Assembly (NCBI RefSeq): GCF_026210795.1
Contig: NC_089434.1
Coordinates: 1,240,001-1,304,000, forward strand
Reading direction: 5' to 3'
Source: Rhizophagus irregularis
Lineage: Eukaryota
Length of the DNA stretch: 64,000 nt
A program made the translations under genes and the position numbers. This document shows, in pieces, positions 24,716-35,530 of the stretch. A model generated the notes under the pieces. It saw only the letters and a list, made by a program, of their open reading frames with translations, did not search any database and was not told the origin of the DNA. The stretch's first letter is position 1. Each line of letters starts with the position of its first letter.

Positions 24716-24902
24716 AATGTAATTTAATTACAAAAGTTTAAAAAGAAAAAATTTTTTATTGTTAGAAAAAGAAATTAATGGTGTAACTATAGATTCAAAT
24801 TTTAGTATGATCTGATTGTCATATGACAATTACAATTACACAAAAAAATTTTAGCAAATGTACGAGTTTACGAAGTACATTTGTAAATCAATGAGTAACG
24901 TA

Positions 24903-25052
24903 GGGACAAATATAATCACGTGCAATCGGCCTTTTATTATTGTTGCGCAAGTAAAGTAATACAAAGAATAAAAACAATATATACAAATAATTACGTCATC
25001 ATTAAGTATAAATATCAGTACCCCCGTGGCTTATCCTCTTTAGGCCTTTTTT
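24903..25052. repeat. DIRS 3' inverted terminal repeat
   Basis: Reverse complement of ~29091-29242; the only difference I noticed is a C5 versus G6 run. Confidence 0.95.
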
Positions 25053-25082
25053 GTTCTAGTTGTCATGGGTGGGTAAGGGCGG

Positions 25083-25196
25083 GCACGTGATTATATTTGT
25101 CCCTACGTTACTCATTGATTTACAAATGTACTTCGTAAACTCGTACATTTGCTAAAATCAATCTCATAACTTCGGGACAAATATAATCACGTGCAA
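25083..25196. repeat. DIRS internal complementary region (ICR)
   Basis: First part is the reverse complement of 24848-24923, second part of ~29220-29263; the halves join at taaaat, reproducing the circle junction. Confidence 0.95.
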
Positions 25197-25349
25197 CTGC
25201 GGAGTAAAATTAAAATTAATAAAATTAATAAAATTAATAATTAATAATTAAACTATTGTTCTAAATATTTCTAGTCTAAAATCCTATATATTAATAAATG
25301 TCTGTAAAGAAAAATAAAATGCATAAAATTTCTAAAGTAGTAAAGGGAA

Positions 25350-28300
25350 TCAAGAAAGGGCTTCCTTTAAAATTTGCCCAGAAACATTATTCCTCTCTAA
25401 CATAACGCGTACACCCCTCTGGTAAAACCTTTGAAAAGTGGTGTTACTTGTCCAATTTCCCAACGCTAATACTGTTGATAAATCCATGCCTGCATTTTGT
25501 GCCAAAGATGCTGATGTAGCGCGAACATCTTTAGCGGTTGAAGCAGGAGATGAGATCTGAATAACCGATTTTATCCACCCAGCTATAGTATCGATAGCTG
25601 CTGGAGAGTAAGGCTGTCTTGTAATAAGAAAAATTGATCGTTTTTGTTTTGGTGACACCCTGAAATGCTCCGTTTTACTTAAAAAAACCTTTAACGTTGA
25701 GAAAGGATAAAGTAAAAGGTTATCTGAATAAGATCCTATAAAAATACGTTTAATTCTACGCTTAGTCGTAGCTGTTGAATGCGCCGAAGCAATATTATAT
25801 TCCTTAGGAGCTACGCAATCAAATGAATAACTATTATCCGTTGTTTGCAATGTCGTCAAATCCATTCTAACTATATCAGAAGGGCGGCTAGCCATTACTA
25901 ATGCTACTAAAAAAGCAGTCTTGACCGTTAGTTGTCGAAAAGACATAGAATCGTTATCACCCAAACTTAAAATATATTCGAGTGATGATGAGATATCCAA
26001 ATTATCATTTTGCTTAATCGTAGGCGGATTTAATCTATGAACAGCTAAAATAGCTCTAGAAATATCCGGGTGAGATCCTACAGATTGTCCATCAACTAGC
26101 TCGTGAACCTCACTTATAGCTGTACGATATCCAGCGATAGTATTAGCCGCTTTTCCATCCTTAAGTTTATCATCAAAAAATTCACAAATTGAATTTAAAT
26201 CGCAAGTAATGGGATCCAAATTCCTTGATTCACACCAACGAAGCCATACTCTGAGATTAGAGGAAATTGATCTTGTAGAGTTTTGGTCCAATGAGGCCAA
26301 TAGGAGTTCAATAGCTTTTTCCGAAAAACCTTTTTCTTGATACCTAATCCTGAAATTCTGCAACCTAACATTCTCCATTTTGGGTTCCTCAGAGGATGCT
26401 GATGAGGACTCATGTCTGTTTCCGTTATGTTGGTTGAACGAATTAAAATCGGCGGTGCAATCAAAAGGTCTAACAACAGTGGGAACCACGGTGCTGATGT
26501 CCAATAAGGTACTAATATCGTTATCGTGGCCTTGTTTCTGATTACTTTGGCTAATATTCTCAGAATAAGTATCCATGGAGGGTTGGCCCACAAATTCATG
26601 CGTGCCCAATTCTGATGAAAAGCATTCACTGCCTCCGCTCCTAGATCCTGCGTCCAAGAATAATACCTCATCAGTTGTGTATTGTGGTGATTTGCAAAGA
26701 GGTCTATATGATGTGGTCCCCAAATTCGATTGAACATCCTGAACCAATTGGTTTTCAACTTCCAATCGTATCTGTCTATCTTCATTCGAGAAGCTCGATC
26801 CGCCATTGAATTCTGAATTCCTGGGATGTGTTCTGCTTTTAAGTGAACATTCCGTTCCAGACAAACTGTCCATAGCTCTTCCGCTATCTTTGACAGTAAA
26901 GTAGAAGTTGTTCCTCCCTGATGATTTATGTAAGCAACGCATGTTGTATTGTCTGTGCGTATCATAATCAGTTGGTCCTTTAAATCTTTGAAGGCTAGAA
27001 GAGCGAACAAGATCGCTTTTAACTCGAGAATGTTGATGTGAAGATGCTGTTCCATTCTTAGCCATCTTCCATGTATTACATAATCCTCCCGGGACACGCC
27101 CCATCCGGAAGTTGAAGCGTCGGTGTATAGAATTGTCTTTGGTTCCTCTGGAATAAGACTTCGTCCGTTCCATAGAGGTAGGTTCTTGATCCACCATTCC
27201 AATTGTGCGATGCTTTCTGGGGAAAGTTCTATAATACCATTCCAACCTTGCATCTTCAGACCAATGTTCTTGTCTCTTAGCAGTGCGCGAGAATGCAATC
27301 TGGCTGGAAACACAGCGTCCGTTGTTGCAGTGATCTTCCCTATAAGAGAAGCTAATTTGCGAACCGGAATTACTGGCTTTTGGCTTGTCTTTTTGCATTC
27401 TTGTATTAAATCTTTGATCTTGTGTTTCGGTAGTTTTATCATCATGGACTTGGAATCTATCCGAAATCCTAGATAATCGACTACTTGAGAAGGTATTAAA
27501 GAAGATTTTTCCTCGTTTATGGTGAAGCCCAGACTTTGAAGAGAGGAAATCATGAATTGTGCGTGTGCCAGAGCCTGTTCCTTGGTTGACGCAATTATCA
27601 GAATATTGTCCAAGTATGCCACTACTCGGATCCCTTTGCTTCATGCTAACTTTATTATCGGTCGCAGAATTTTTGTAAATATCCTTGGACTGGCTGTAAA
27701 CCCAAAGGGTAAACAGTTGAAACAATATCGTTTTCCCATGAAATCGAAGGTAAAGAACTTTCTTAATCCAGTCAACACAGGAACGTGATAAAAGGCTTGG
27801 TTGAGATCGATTGAAACCATAAAATCTTCGCGTCGCACTAGTGATTTTACAAGGTCTATCCCTTCCATCTTGAAATGCGAATACTTGACATATGTATTTA
27901 ATTTTCTTAGATCGATAACAGGGCGTAAACTCCCACCTTTCTTGGGAACCATGAAAAGATTTGAGACAAAACACGGCTCCTCTGGATCCATCTCTTGAAT
28001 TGCTTTTATTTTTAATAGCTCTGAAATCTCGTGAGAAAACATGTTCAAATCTGTACTTCCGTAGCGTCTTTGAGAAATAGGAGTCCGTCTTAAAGGTGGT
28101 GTTGAAGACCATTCCGGGATATATCCTTCGTGTACAATAAACGTAGCCCAACATTCCCTGAACATTACCGACCATTGGTCTTGATGCAAACCAAGACCTC
28201 CAGCCACCATATCCATAGAGGTTGTTAAGCTGAACTCTGGCGGTTTTGAGAGCCGCCATTTGACTGGTTTCCTGACTGGTTATTGCCTTGTTTGTGTTGG

Positions 28301-28847
28301 TAATGTTGATAAGAGGAATTCTTGTACTTCCCTTTATATGAAGAAGAATTCGTAGATGTATTCCTAAAATTGTTAGACGCTTGTGTGCGAGGTGATCTAA
28401 ACTGATTAGCCCGGCGTTTCTGCCAAGCTGCGTCATTAAATAATTTGTTGGTTTCATTTTCTTTGCGTATGATTTCTGGTAACTCCTCTCCAAATACTTC
28501 TTCTCTTTCTGATTGTTTCCGATATCCTGGAGAAATAGACCTAAGGGCTTGTTCTTTTCGTATTTCGTTACCAAACGATAATGCATCCAAAACCAATGCT
28601 CGCGAGTTAAGAGTGGTCTGTTCCAACTGTAACCAGGCATCTTTAGTTTCCTGAGAAGCGGAGTCTTCTGGTTTTGAAGCATAAATAAGTCTGAGGCTAT
28701 TGTCGATGGGACGTATAGCTGCTGAGAATCGGTAAAGGAGACGCCGGATTTCTTTGTCATGATCTTTAGCAATTTTTGACATATGAATCCAAACCTTTCT
28801 GTCCATATCAGGTGGTGTAAAGGAGATATTTCTGTTTTTGGGTTCAT
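25350..28847 (-). CDS. DIRS tyrosine recombinase ORF (YR domain in the C-terminal ~330 aa; long N-terminal overlap with pol and gag)
   Basis: SAM-like N-domain (WLRWC...AANTIAGYRTAISEVH), catalytic R (ASRPSDI), AKDVR box, GNW...FQRFY. True start codon uncertain. Confidence 0.9.
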   Translation of the reverse strand: MNPKTEISPLHHLIWTERFGFICQKLLKIMTKKSGVSFTDSQQLYVPSTIASDLFMLQNQKTPLLRKLKMPGYSWNRPLLTREHWFWMHYRLVTKYEKNKPLGLFLQDIGNNQKEKKYLERSYQKSYAKKMKPTNYLMTQLGRNAGLISLDHLAHKRLTILGIHLRILLHIKGSTRIPLINITNTNKAITSQETSQMAALKTARVQLNNLYGYGGWRSWFASRPMVGNVQGMLGYVYCTRRIYPGMVFNTTFKTDSYFSKTLRKYRFEHVFSRDFRAIKNKSNSRDGSRGAVFCLKSFHGSQERWEFTPCYRSKKIKYICQVFAFQDGRDRPCKITSATRRFYGFNRSQPSLLSRSCVDWIKKVLYLRFHGKTILFQLFTLWVYSQSKDIYKNSATDNKVSMKQRDPSSGILGQYSDNCVNQGTGSGTRTIHDFLSSKSGLHHKRGKIFFNTFSSSRLSRISDRFQVHDDKTTETQDQRFNTRMQKDKPKASNSGSQISFSYREDHCNNGRCVSSQIAFSRTAKRQEHWSEDARLEWYYRTFPRKHRTIGMVDQEPTSMERTKSYSRGTKDNSIHRRFNFRMGRVPGGLCNTWKMAKNGTASSHQHSRVKSDLVRSSSLQRFKGPTDYDTHRQYNMRCLHKSSGRNNFYFTVKDSGRAMDSLSGTECSLKSRTHPRNSEFNGGSSFSNEDRQIRLEVENQLVQDVQSNLGTTSYRPLCKSPQYTTDEVLFLDAGSRSGGSECFSSELGTHEFVGQPSMDTYSENISQSNQKQGHDNDISTLLDISTVVPTVVRPFDCTADFNSFNQHNGNRHESSSASSEEPKMENVRLQNFRIRYQEKGFSEKAIELLLASLDQNSTRSISSNLRVWLRWCESRNLDPITCDLNSICEFFDDKLKDGKAANTIAGYRTAISEVHELVDGQSVGSHPDISRAILAVHRLNPPTIKQNDNLDISSSLEYILSLGDNDSMSFRQLTVKTAFLVALVMASRPSDIVRMDLTTLQTTDNSYSFDCVAPKEYNIASAHSTATTKRRIKRIFIGSYSDNLLLYPFSTLKVFLSKTEHFRVSPKQKRSIFLITRQPYSPAAIDTIAGWIKSVIQISSPASTAKDVRATSASLAQNAGMDLSTVLALGNWTSNTTFQRFYQRGVRVMLERNNVSGQILKEALS
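26195..28216 (-). pseudogene. DIRS pol: reverse transcriptase, RNase H and Dam-like N6-adenine methyltransferase, with one in-frame stop
   Basis: LRPVIDLRKLN, SIDLNQAFYHV, LPFGFTASPRIFTK; TGA at 27641-27643; YLDN in place of YLDD; RNase H YTDAS..GWG, HINILELKAI, RTDN, ADRASR; MT motifs IDLFA and NPPW. Confidence 0.95.
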
Positions 28848-29046
28848 TTTGTAGAATAAATTTTCTCGAGTCTGTGGGTAACAAATTCTTTTTGAAGACT
28901 TCTGAAGGGAGTTCAGCTATAGGACCACTTGGTGTCCAAGAGGCATGGTCAGAGTCGTCCAAATATAAGTCTTGGTCGATATTCGGTTCTTCAGTACGTT
29001 CATTATTATGTTCATTACTATCAGTATTGTCACTATCTTCTGTCAT
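28225..29046 (-). CDS. DIRS ORF1 (gag-like), 273 aa
   Basis: Intact first ORF of the element; acidic N-terminus, helical core, basic low-complexity tail; assigned by position. Confidence 0.85.
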   Translation of the reverse strand: MTEDSDNTDSNEHNNERTEEPNIDQDLYLDDSDHASWTPSGPIAELPSEVFKKNLLPTDSRKFILQNEPKNRNISFTPPDMDRKVWIHMSKIAKDHDKEIRRLLYRFSAAIRPIDNSLRLIYASKPEDSASQETKDAWLQLEQTTLNSRALVLDALSFGNEIRKEQALRSISPGYRKQSEREEVFGEELPEIIRKENETNKLFNDAAWQKRRANQFRSPRTQASNNFRNTSTNSSSYKGKYKNSSYQHYQHKQGNNQSGNQSNGGSQNRQSSA

Positions 29047-29090
29047 TATGAGACTTTAACTTTTTTTCTCAAGAGCGAACCGCAACAAGT

Positions 29091-29242
29091 AAAAAAAGGC
29101 CTAAAGAGGATAAGCCACGGGGGGTACTGATATTTATACTTAATGATGACGTAATTATTTGTATATATTGTTTTTATTCTTTGTATTACTTTACTTGCGC
29201 AACAATAATAAAAGGCCGATTGCACGTGATTATATTTGTCCC
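29091..29242. repeat. DIRS 5' inverted terminal repeat
   Basis: Reverse complement of 24903-25052. Confidence 0.95.
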
Positions 29243-31212
29243 GAAGTTATGAGATTGATTTTAAAAATTGACGAAATAAAATATTTTTAGACATGTTTAA
29301 TTGTTAATCATAGCTATAAATAAATATTATAATTTTATTATGTTACTTTGTCATTAATTAATTTATTTTTATTTATTAAACAAAGTGAAACTCATGCAAT
29401 AGTTAAAAACTTGATTTTTCCATTTTGACTTTTCTTTATAATAAATAGTAAGATATACTATGATGAAATTTTGAACGTACATATTTTATTTATTCTGAAT
29501 TATGCGTTATCAGAGGTTTGAACTTTTTGTTGGAGATACGGAAAGTATTTCTAGATTCTCAAGGAATTTTGAGAATTTACCATAGTATTACGGAATAGTC
29601 CGTTTAATATTATAGAAGTACTTTATCAGAGTAAATGTATAAAACAATGTAATTAATGCATTTACCTTTATCATTTTACTTATTTGAGATACTAGTGAAA
29701 ATAAATATCTTTAAGTATTGGCTAACTACTATTAAATATTTTAGCATAGAAGCAAGATACTAATGATGGAAAGTATAAATTAACAAGAAAGGAAACAGAA
29801 AGAAGGCGAAGACATCATTTGTACTGTAGTAACTGTACAATAATGGAAAATAAAAAGAGAATTTTTTTCTTTGCATATAAAAATATAAAATAATGCCAAA
29901 AAAAAATTTTGTATAACAAATCAGTGTTTATATAAATTATAGTATAAAGCTCACTATATTGTAACAATTTAAAATAAATTTATAGTAAATCTCGCGAATT
30001 GTTAATATACTGTATAAATAAATAATACGCAAGTAAGCAAGTTGATAATAGATTACTTAACTCTCGGACGCAAATGTATCATTCTTGAACCACCACACGG
30101 TGCTAACTTGACCCGTATCATATATTTTACAATAAGGTACTACTTTTGCCCCTCAGACTAATCTAAATAAAAAAAAAGGAATTTATTTAAAAAAATGTAG
30201 TACTTGGATTTGACATCCTTTTATATTTAAACTTGCTTTACGTATTTATTTATTTATTCGCATATTTACTAAATTCTAAAATGATATAAATTATATGAGA
30301 TATTTTTCTAACTTATAGTAAACTAAGTGAATTTCATAAATTCATCAGTAACAATGAAATTAACACCGTGGATAAGAAGTTTAATAATTCATAGTTTCGC
30401 TTTCATCTTTAGTTTTATCGCTCTATTTCAACTACCGTAAGAAGTGACTTTTAGAATAATGTCAATAACAAGTGTTAACATTCATTTAGGAGATAAGTTA
30501 TTGATTGTACAATTCCTTTAAATGTAATATATATATATATTTTTAAATTCGTTAATATTTATTACAGTATCATATTAAATTACAATCTCTATACAAAATG
30601 AAAAAAAATGCGAATTTAAGTCCTATAAATATCTTGAATTTTAATTTCTTTAAATTACTTTTCTTATTTTTTTTTCCTAATAATGAAAAAGTCTAATAAA
30701 AAATCATTGAAAATTGCTAAATACTCTGCTAAATACACTGCAAAATAACGAATTATTTTACCTCATTAGCTTGAGCTCCATCTTTGTCGTGGACGAGTTT
30801 TAACTTCTTGTATTCGATTAAATATAGCTTCCCCAAAGTCAAAGTAGCAGGGAATAAGTTCTTGACCTGCAATCTTCATTTTTAGATTCGGCGCTTTCAA
30901 TCTATTGAATAATTACAAAAAATACTTAATTGCACTTTCACTTATTTCTTCCAAACTCACATCACGATCGGGAATATCAGTTAATTACTCTTCAATAAGT
31001 TTTTTTTTAGCATACTAGGTACCTTCTTTCCACCAGTTCATGTCGTAACTTCCCAATTAGTAAATTTTTTTTCTTTTATTTCTTTAATTGAATCTAAATA
31101 AATAATTAATTCAAACAGAATTAACTAACAAGTTGAAGAAATAGAAAAAATTAATCGATCATCAGCTATTAAAAATTAAGGTTCTTCGGTAGATGCAGAC
31201 GATTTCCTATTA

Positions 31213-32040
31213 CAGGCGGACCGATACATAATCATGTATTTTTCCTAAAAAAATTTCCTAATTCTTAGGAATTTTACACAATCCTAAATTAAATTTTTTA
31301 CTCCTGAGAATCACCCTTTTTGGAATGAAAACTGTGGCTTGTACGTAAAGATTCAATAAATAAAATCATGTCGCGATTGTCGCGTCAAACAATTTTTTTA
31401 TTTTATATACTTTAAATTATCAATAATGATAATTCAATTATATCAATGGTTATTATTATTTATAGGTTTCATAGTTTTTTTTTTATAAAAAGAAAATACT
31501 GACAATATTCACTTTCTTCCAATATTCAACGTGATGCTCTTAATTTGAAAATAATAAGCCACAGTTTTCATTCCAAAAAGGGTGATTCTCAGGTGTAATT
31601 TAGGATTGTGTTAAATTCCTAAGAACTAGGAAATTTTTTTAGGAAAAATACATGATTATGACCGATACTGTTGTTTTGGGGAAAATATATCGGTATATCA
31701 AATTATCGTTACATATACATATACTGTCATCAGTGAATCATAACGCAGGCCTAAATCCAATTCTTACCAGAATTATGCAAACTCAATCTATTAAAATGTC
31801 ATGTGATTTAGATGTGTTAACTTCGGCCAAATTTATAGTGTTGGCCCGAATTAATAACAGTGTAACCTAAAGTATTGGTACATCTTTATACTACGTAACA
31901 AAAGTATTGGTACATGTTACAATTGTTACATCATGAAACTATATATGATATCGGTACAATGAGGTTTTTTTATTAATTGTGAAACGGGACATAGAAAATT
32001 TATCGGTACAGGCAATTATCGGTACATAGAGGTCTAACTG
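31213..32040. mobile_element. Decayed Tc1/pogo-type non-autonomous element hosting the long-TIR MITE
   Basis: TA|CAG...CTG|TA ends; right end atcggtacatagaggtctaactg; repeated (t/c)ggtaca motifs; left end degenerate. Confidence 0.45.
31228..31659. mobile_element. Long-TIR MITE (Mutator-like if the TSD is 9 bp)
   Basis: ~110-bp TIRs (31228-31340 versus 31556-31659); direct repeat GACCGATAC at 31219-31227 and 31660-31668 (7 bp if the terminal C/G belong to the TIR). Confidence 0.9.
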
Positions 32041-32099
32041 TACGTTAACATTTTCTCATATATGCACTTGATTTGTGAGTTATACAAGTTTTTGGAATT

Positions 32100-33790
32100 G
32101 CCAGGTGCAATACTAAAATCTTAATAGAGTTGATTGCTTATCTTGATGTCTTGTCAGTCGGTGGTCTTAGACAAACTTTGTTCCTCTGCCTAATAATCCT
32201 ACTGACTAGTTCATTTATGAGCGTTACATCAGCATCCTCGTCCGCTGGCTTGGAGGTGGCATCTGCAGTTGAAAATTTGTCTTGCGATCCCTTAAATAGA
32301 TCTGGAGGAAGAAAAGTTTTGACAACTTTGTTACACTTCTTATTCGGACAAATCGTTTCTCCACTCTCTCACCAGATACTTTTCAAGACACTTCTGGTAA
32401 AAGATGTGTCCATATGAAACTAGGGTAAATTCTTGTATGGAGTGAATTCATTCATATAAATATCTTCTCACACGAAGAATATAGATATATCAGTGTTTCC
32501 GCAAGGGCACTGAGAATATTTTTTGCAAGTGCTTCGATGTACTGTATGTGCTATCCATACTGCCTTGCGTATATGGCTGAGATCTTTCTATTTTGAATTT
32601 GTTATCAAAGGTAACATTTCCAAGAACAAACGGTCCCGAGATCTCCATTTAATGACGTACTGCATTTCAACATTTCGTTAATCTTCCACCCCTTTGCGAA
32701 TCATGGAGATTAGCCAAGTTATCTTCGTCAAGAGAACTTATGCAAATCTTACGTCACACTTCTGATATCAACTGCGCATCGATCTCACATGATAAAAATT
32801 TTATGTTATGTTTTCACTGTTACTTCTCTATCCTGAGATGCTTTCAGATATATTATTTCTGGTATATATCCGAACTTGATTCAGAATATAATTCTAACGC
32901 CTCATCAAGTGGGATTCCAGGTTCTTTGATTTCATAGTAAAGTACATAATATTTTTTATTTCTTTTGCTATCAATCCACCATTTTGCCATGTTGATACTG
33001 ATATAGGGCAGGTTCCCGAACCAAAGATGTTCTATCATGTTCATTACAATAATTTTTTGAGTTAACAACATTGTATTTGTCTCCTTTCATCAAAAAGACA
33101 TTTCTTTTGAAATAGTACTTGATCTTTCCCTTTTCTTTCTTGATGATCGTGCAGTATCGGTAGTAGCATCAGTAGTATTAGTTATATTATCCATTTCCCT
33201 GAAATAAAGTAATTATAAGCATAAATTATTATTATATATTTATAAATAATTAATATTATACCATATACCTTGTATAAATTTTAACATTCTCATTTTCATT
33301 AGACTTAATTGTCGGTAGCGATCACCATCATCTCCTTGTTACGTGAAATTGAGTTTTGATATTCCAGTAAAAATTTTCCCGGTTCTTTTCATCTGGTAGT
33401 TGAATACCTAAACTCTTGTTTTATGTGTAGTAATATAATCATCAAATTCGATCCATTGATCTAATTGTTGCTGAATATATTTATTCAATTCTTTTAAAAA
33501 TTTCTAAGAATTGTTTTTTGAATAATGACCCATTTTGCAGGACTGTTTGATTTACTATAAGTTTGAAAGAAATTTCTGATAATATTGAATCCTCCTCGGA
33601 ATTTTCATCTTCCTCACTAGATTCTGATCTATACGTTTCATCAGTAAATTCTCCTTCGCTATGTTCCTCATTTTCACCGAACCTTTCTTTAAAATCAACG
33701 TGTGTTGCTGTTTCTTCTCCTTCTGCAACTGCATATATGTTCTCTATTGTTAATTTAATATCTTTCCTTTTCATCAGACATCAGGTACAG
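32100..33790 (-). pseudogene. Heavily degenerate coding remnant, possibly transposon-derived
   Basis: Fragmentary ORFs (33481-33774 acidic; 32853-33071), a CPC motif near 32500, raised GC, many stops; family not identified. Confidence 0.35.
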
Positions 33791-35044
33791 CAGATTTTTT
33801 TTTAATCTTGCCATAAGATTATGGCACATAGCGCATAAGGAATAATTAAACTTTGACAAAAAGTCCAAACCATATGAAAGATATTATTATCATTTTTTTT
33901 CAAATTAATAATTTTCTCCTCGTGGTTTTTATTAATTGTTTTTTATTGGTCATGTCCGTTTTTGAAATGGATATTTTTACTTCCAACTCACGTGATTTCG
34001 AATTGTTGCTGCGGCCGCGTGAGAGGGAGAATTATTGTTCTCAAGAAATTTTTTGAAATTTTTTCGGACGGAATAATATTGTAAAGTATGCTACAAAATA
34101 TGCCTTGTCTGGTCTTCCTTAAAGGCGTTAATCTTTGCGTTTACTTCGCTTGTTCCCATTATTTCTATTCCTATCGCTGTAAAGTCTTGTATATTTTTTG
34201 CTGCGTATATTTTCTTAAGCGTGTTTTCTTCTATATTTTTTTCCGTTAAAAGTTTGGTCAGAAAGATCGACCGAAAGAGTTTTTTTTTCAGTTTAGATTT
34301 ATAGATTTAGTTAGATTTTTGTTATATAGTCGATGAACTGGGACGAGTGGGACGTAGATCTAACTGCCACAGCATATCATAGTCAAAATTTGATCGTCAA
34401 ATTTGACGCTTAACGCTTAATTAAATTGTCCATTAAGAATTTTACATTATAAATATTCTTCAAGATTGAGGAGAGAAAAAGATAAGTTTTTTTTTAGAAT
34501 TTTAAAGTTTCTTTGGGTTTTAACGAATACTTTGAGAATTTTGACATGGTATCCATAATCCATTCAACTATCATGTCCTATTTGACATTTTGTATTAAGT
34601 CATCAATATCATAATTTCATCATTTTCAATTTATTTTTGAAATTCTCATTTTAAACGCACAAGCCATTACCTTTTGATCATAAACTATTCTTTTATTTTC
34701 TGTTACCACCTTGTACTTAACGTGAATTGGTGGCAACACACACATGCTCATGTCTCATTCATTATTTTCATGTTTAAAAAGTAACAATTTCTTGGCTTAT
34801 GTACTAAGAAGATTCATTAGTTTCATTATTTTATTTTATTTTTTTTAAAAAAAATTCTTTAAAATGTTTGTGGTGGTTTTTTGTTAATCACTTAGATTAC
34901 TTAGGTCGAATAAAAGAAATAAAATAGACGTAAATAATTGTAGAACTTACGAAATAAATTGCCAAGACCTGTAATTATTAACCTGTTAAGTAATGAATGA
35001 TAATTTAGAGTATATCTTTACTGAGTCCGGTCCGATGATCTTCC

Positions 35045-35530
35045 TGAGTCCAGTCATGTCAATTTTTAGCACAGTCATGAAAATTTTGATGCAGACCGAA
35101 TTTAAACTTTGATCAGACTTCGACTGAATGTATTGTGCCGAGTCCTGTGATTTTGGTCAATCGGACCGAACTAAATTTTCATGACCGATCTTATGTTTTA
35201 TTTATTTATTTTTTTTGTATTTAATAATTATTAGTTGTAGATTTAAATAAACATTTTTTATACAATAAAATGGTTAAAAACTTTAACAAAAATTAATTGC
35301 ATCTTAATTTATTGAAACAAGAGGTTCCTAGCAATTTATACTATATCATTACTAAAACCATTATTTCATTAAATATGAAATTTTTTTAATAACTTTCATT
35401 ATAAAGCGAACAGTAAAAAAAAAAAGTCGTGTATAATCAATCGGACCCAAGTAATTTTAAGCGAATCACTGGACCTGATGATCCGGACCCAAATTCACAT
35501 GACTGTGCTAAAATTGACGGAACTGGACAC
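35045..35530. mobile_element. Degenerate MITE-like inverted-repeat element
   Basis: gtccag...gtcaatttttagcacagtcatg versus catgactgtgctaaaattgac...ctggac; internal ggacc/ggtcc motifs; ends and TSD unclear. Confidence 0.55.

Larger units (their letters stand above)
24849..29262 (-). mobile_element. Full-length DIRS-1-type tyrosine-recombinase retrotransposon
   Basis: ITRs, an internal complementary region, gag-like, RT/RNase H/MT and YR ORFs; ATTTTA core at both ends (24848-24853, 29258-29263). Confidence 0.97.

Noticed and set aside
27123..29059. Plus-strand ORFs antisense to DIRS genes
   Set aside because: Short and expected opposite dual-coding, GC-richer DNA.
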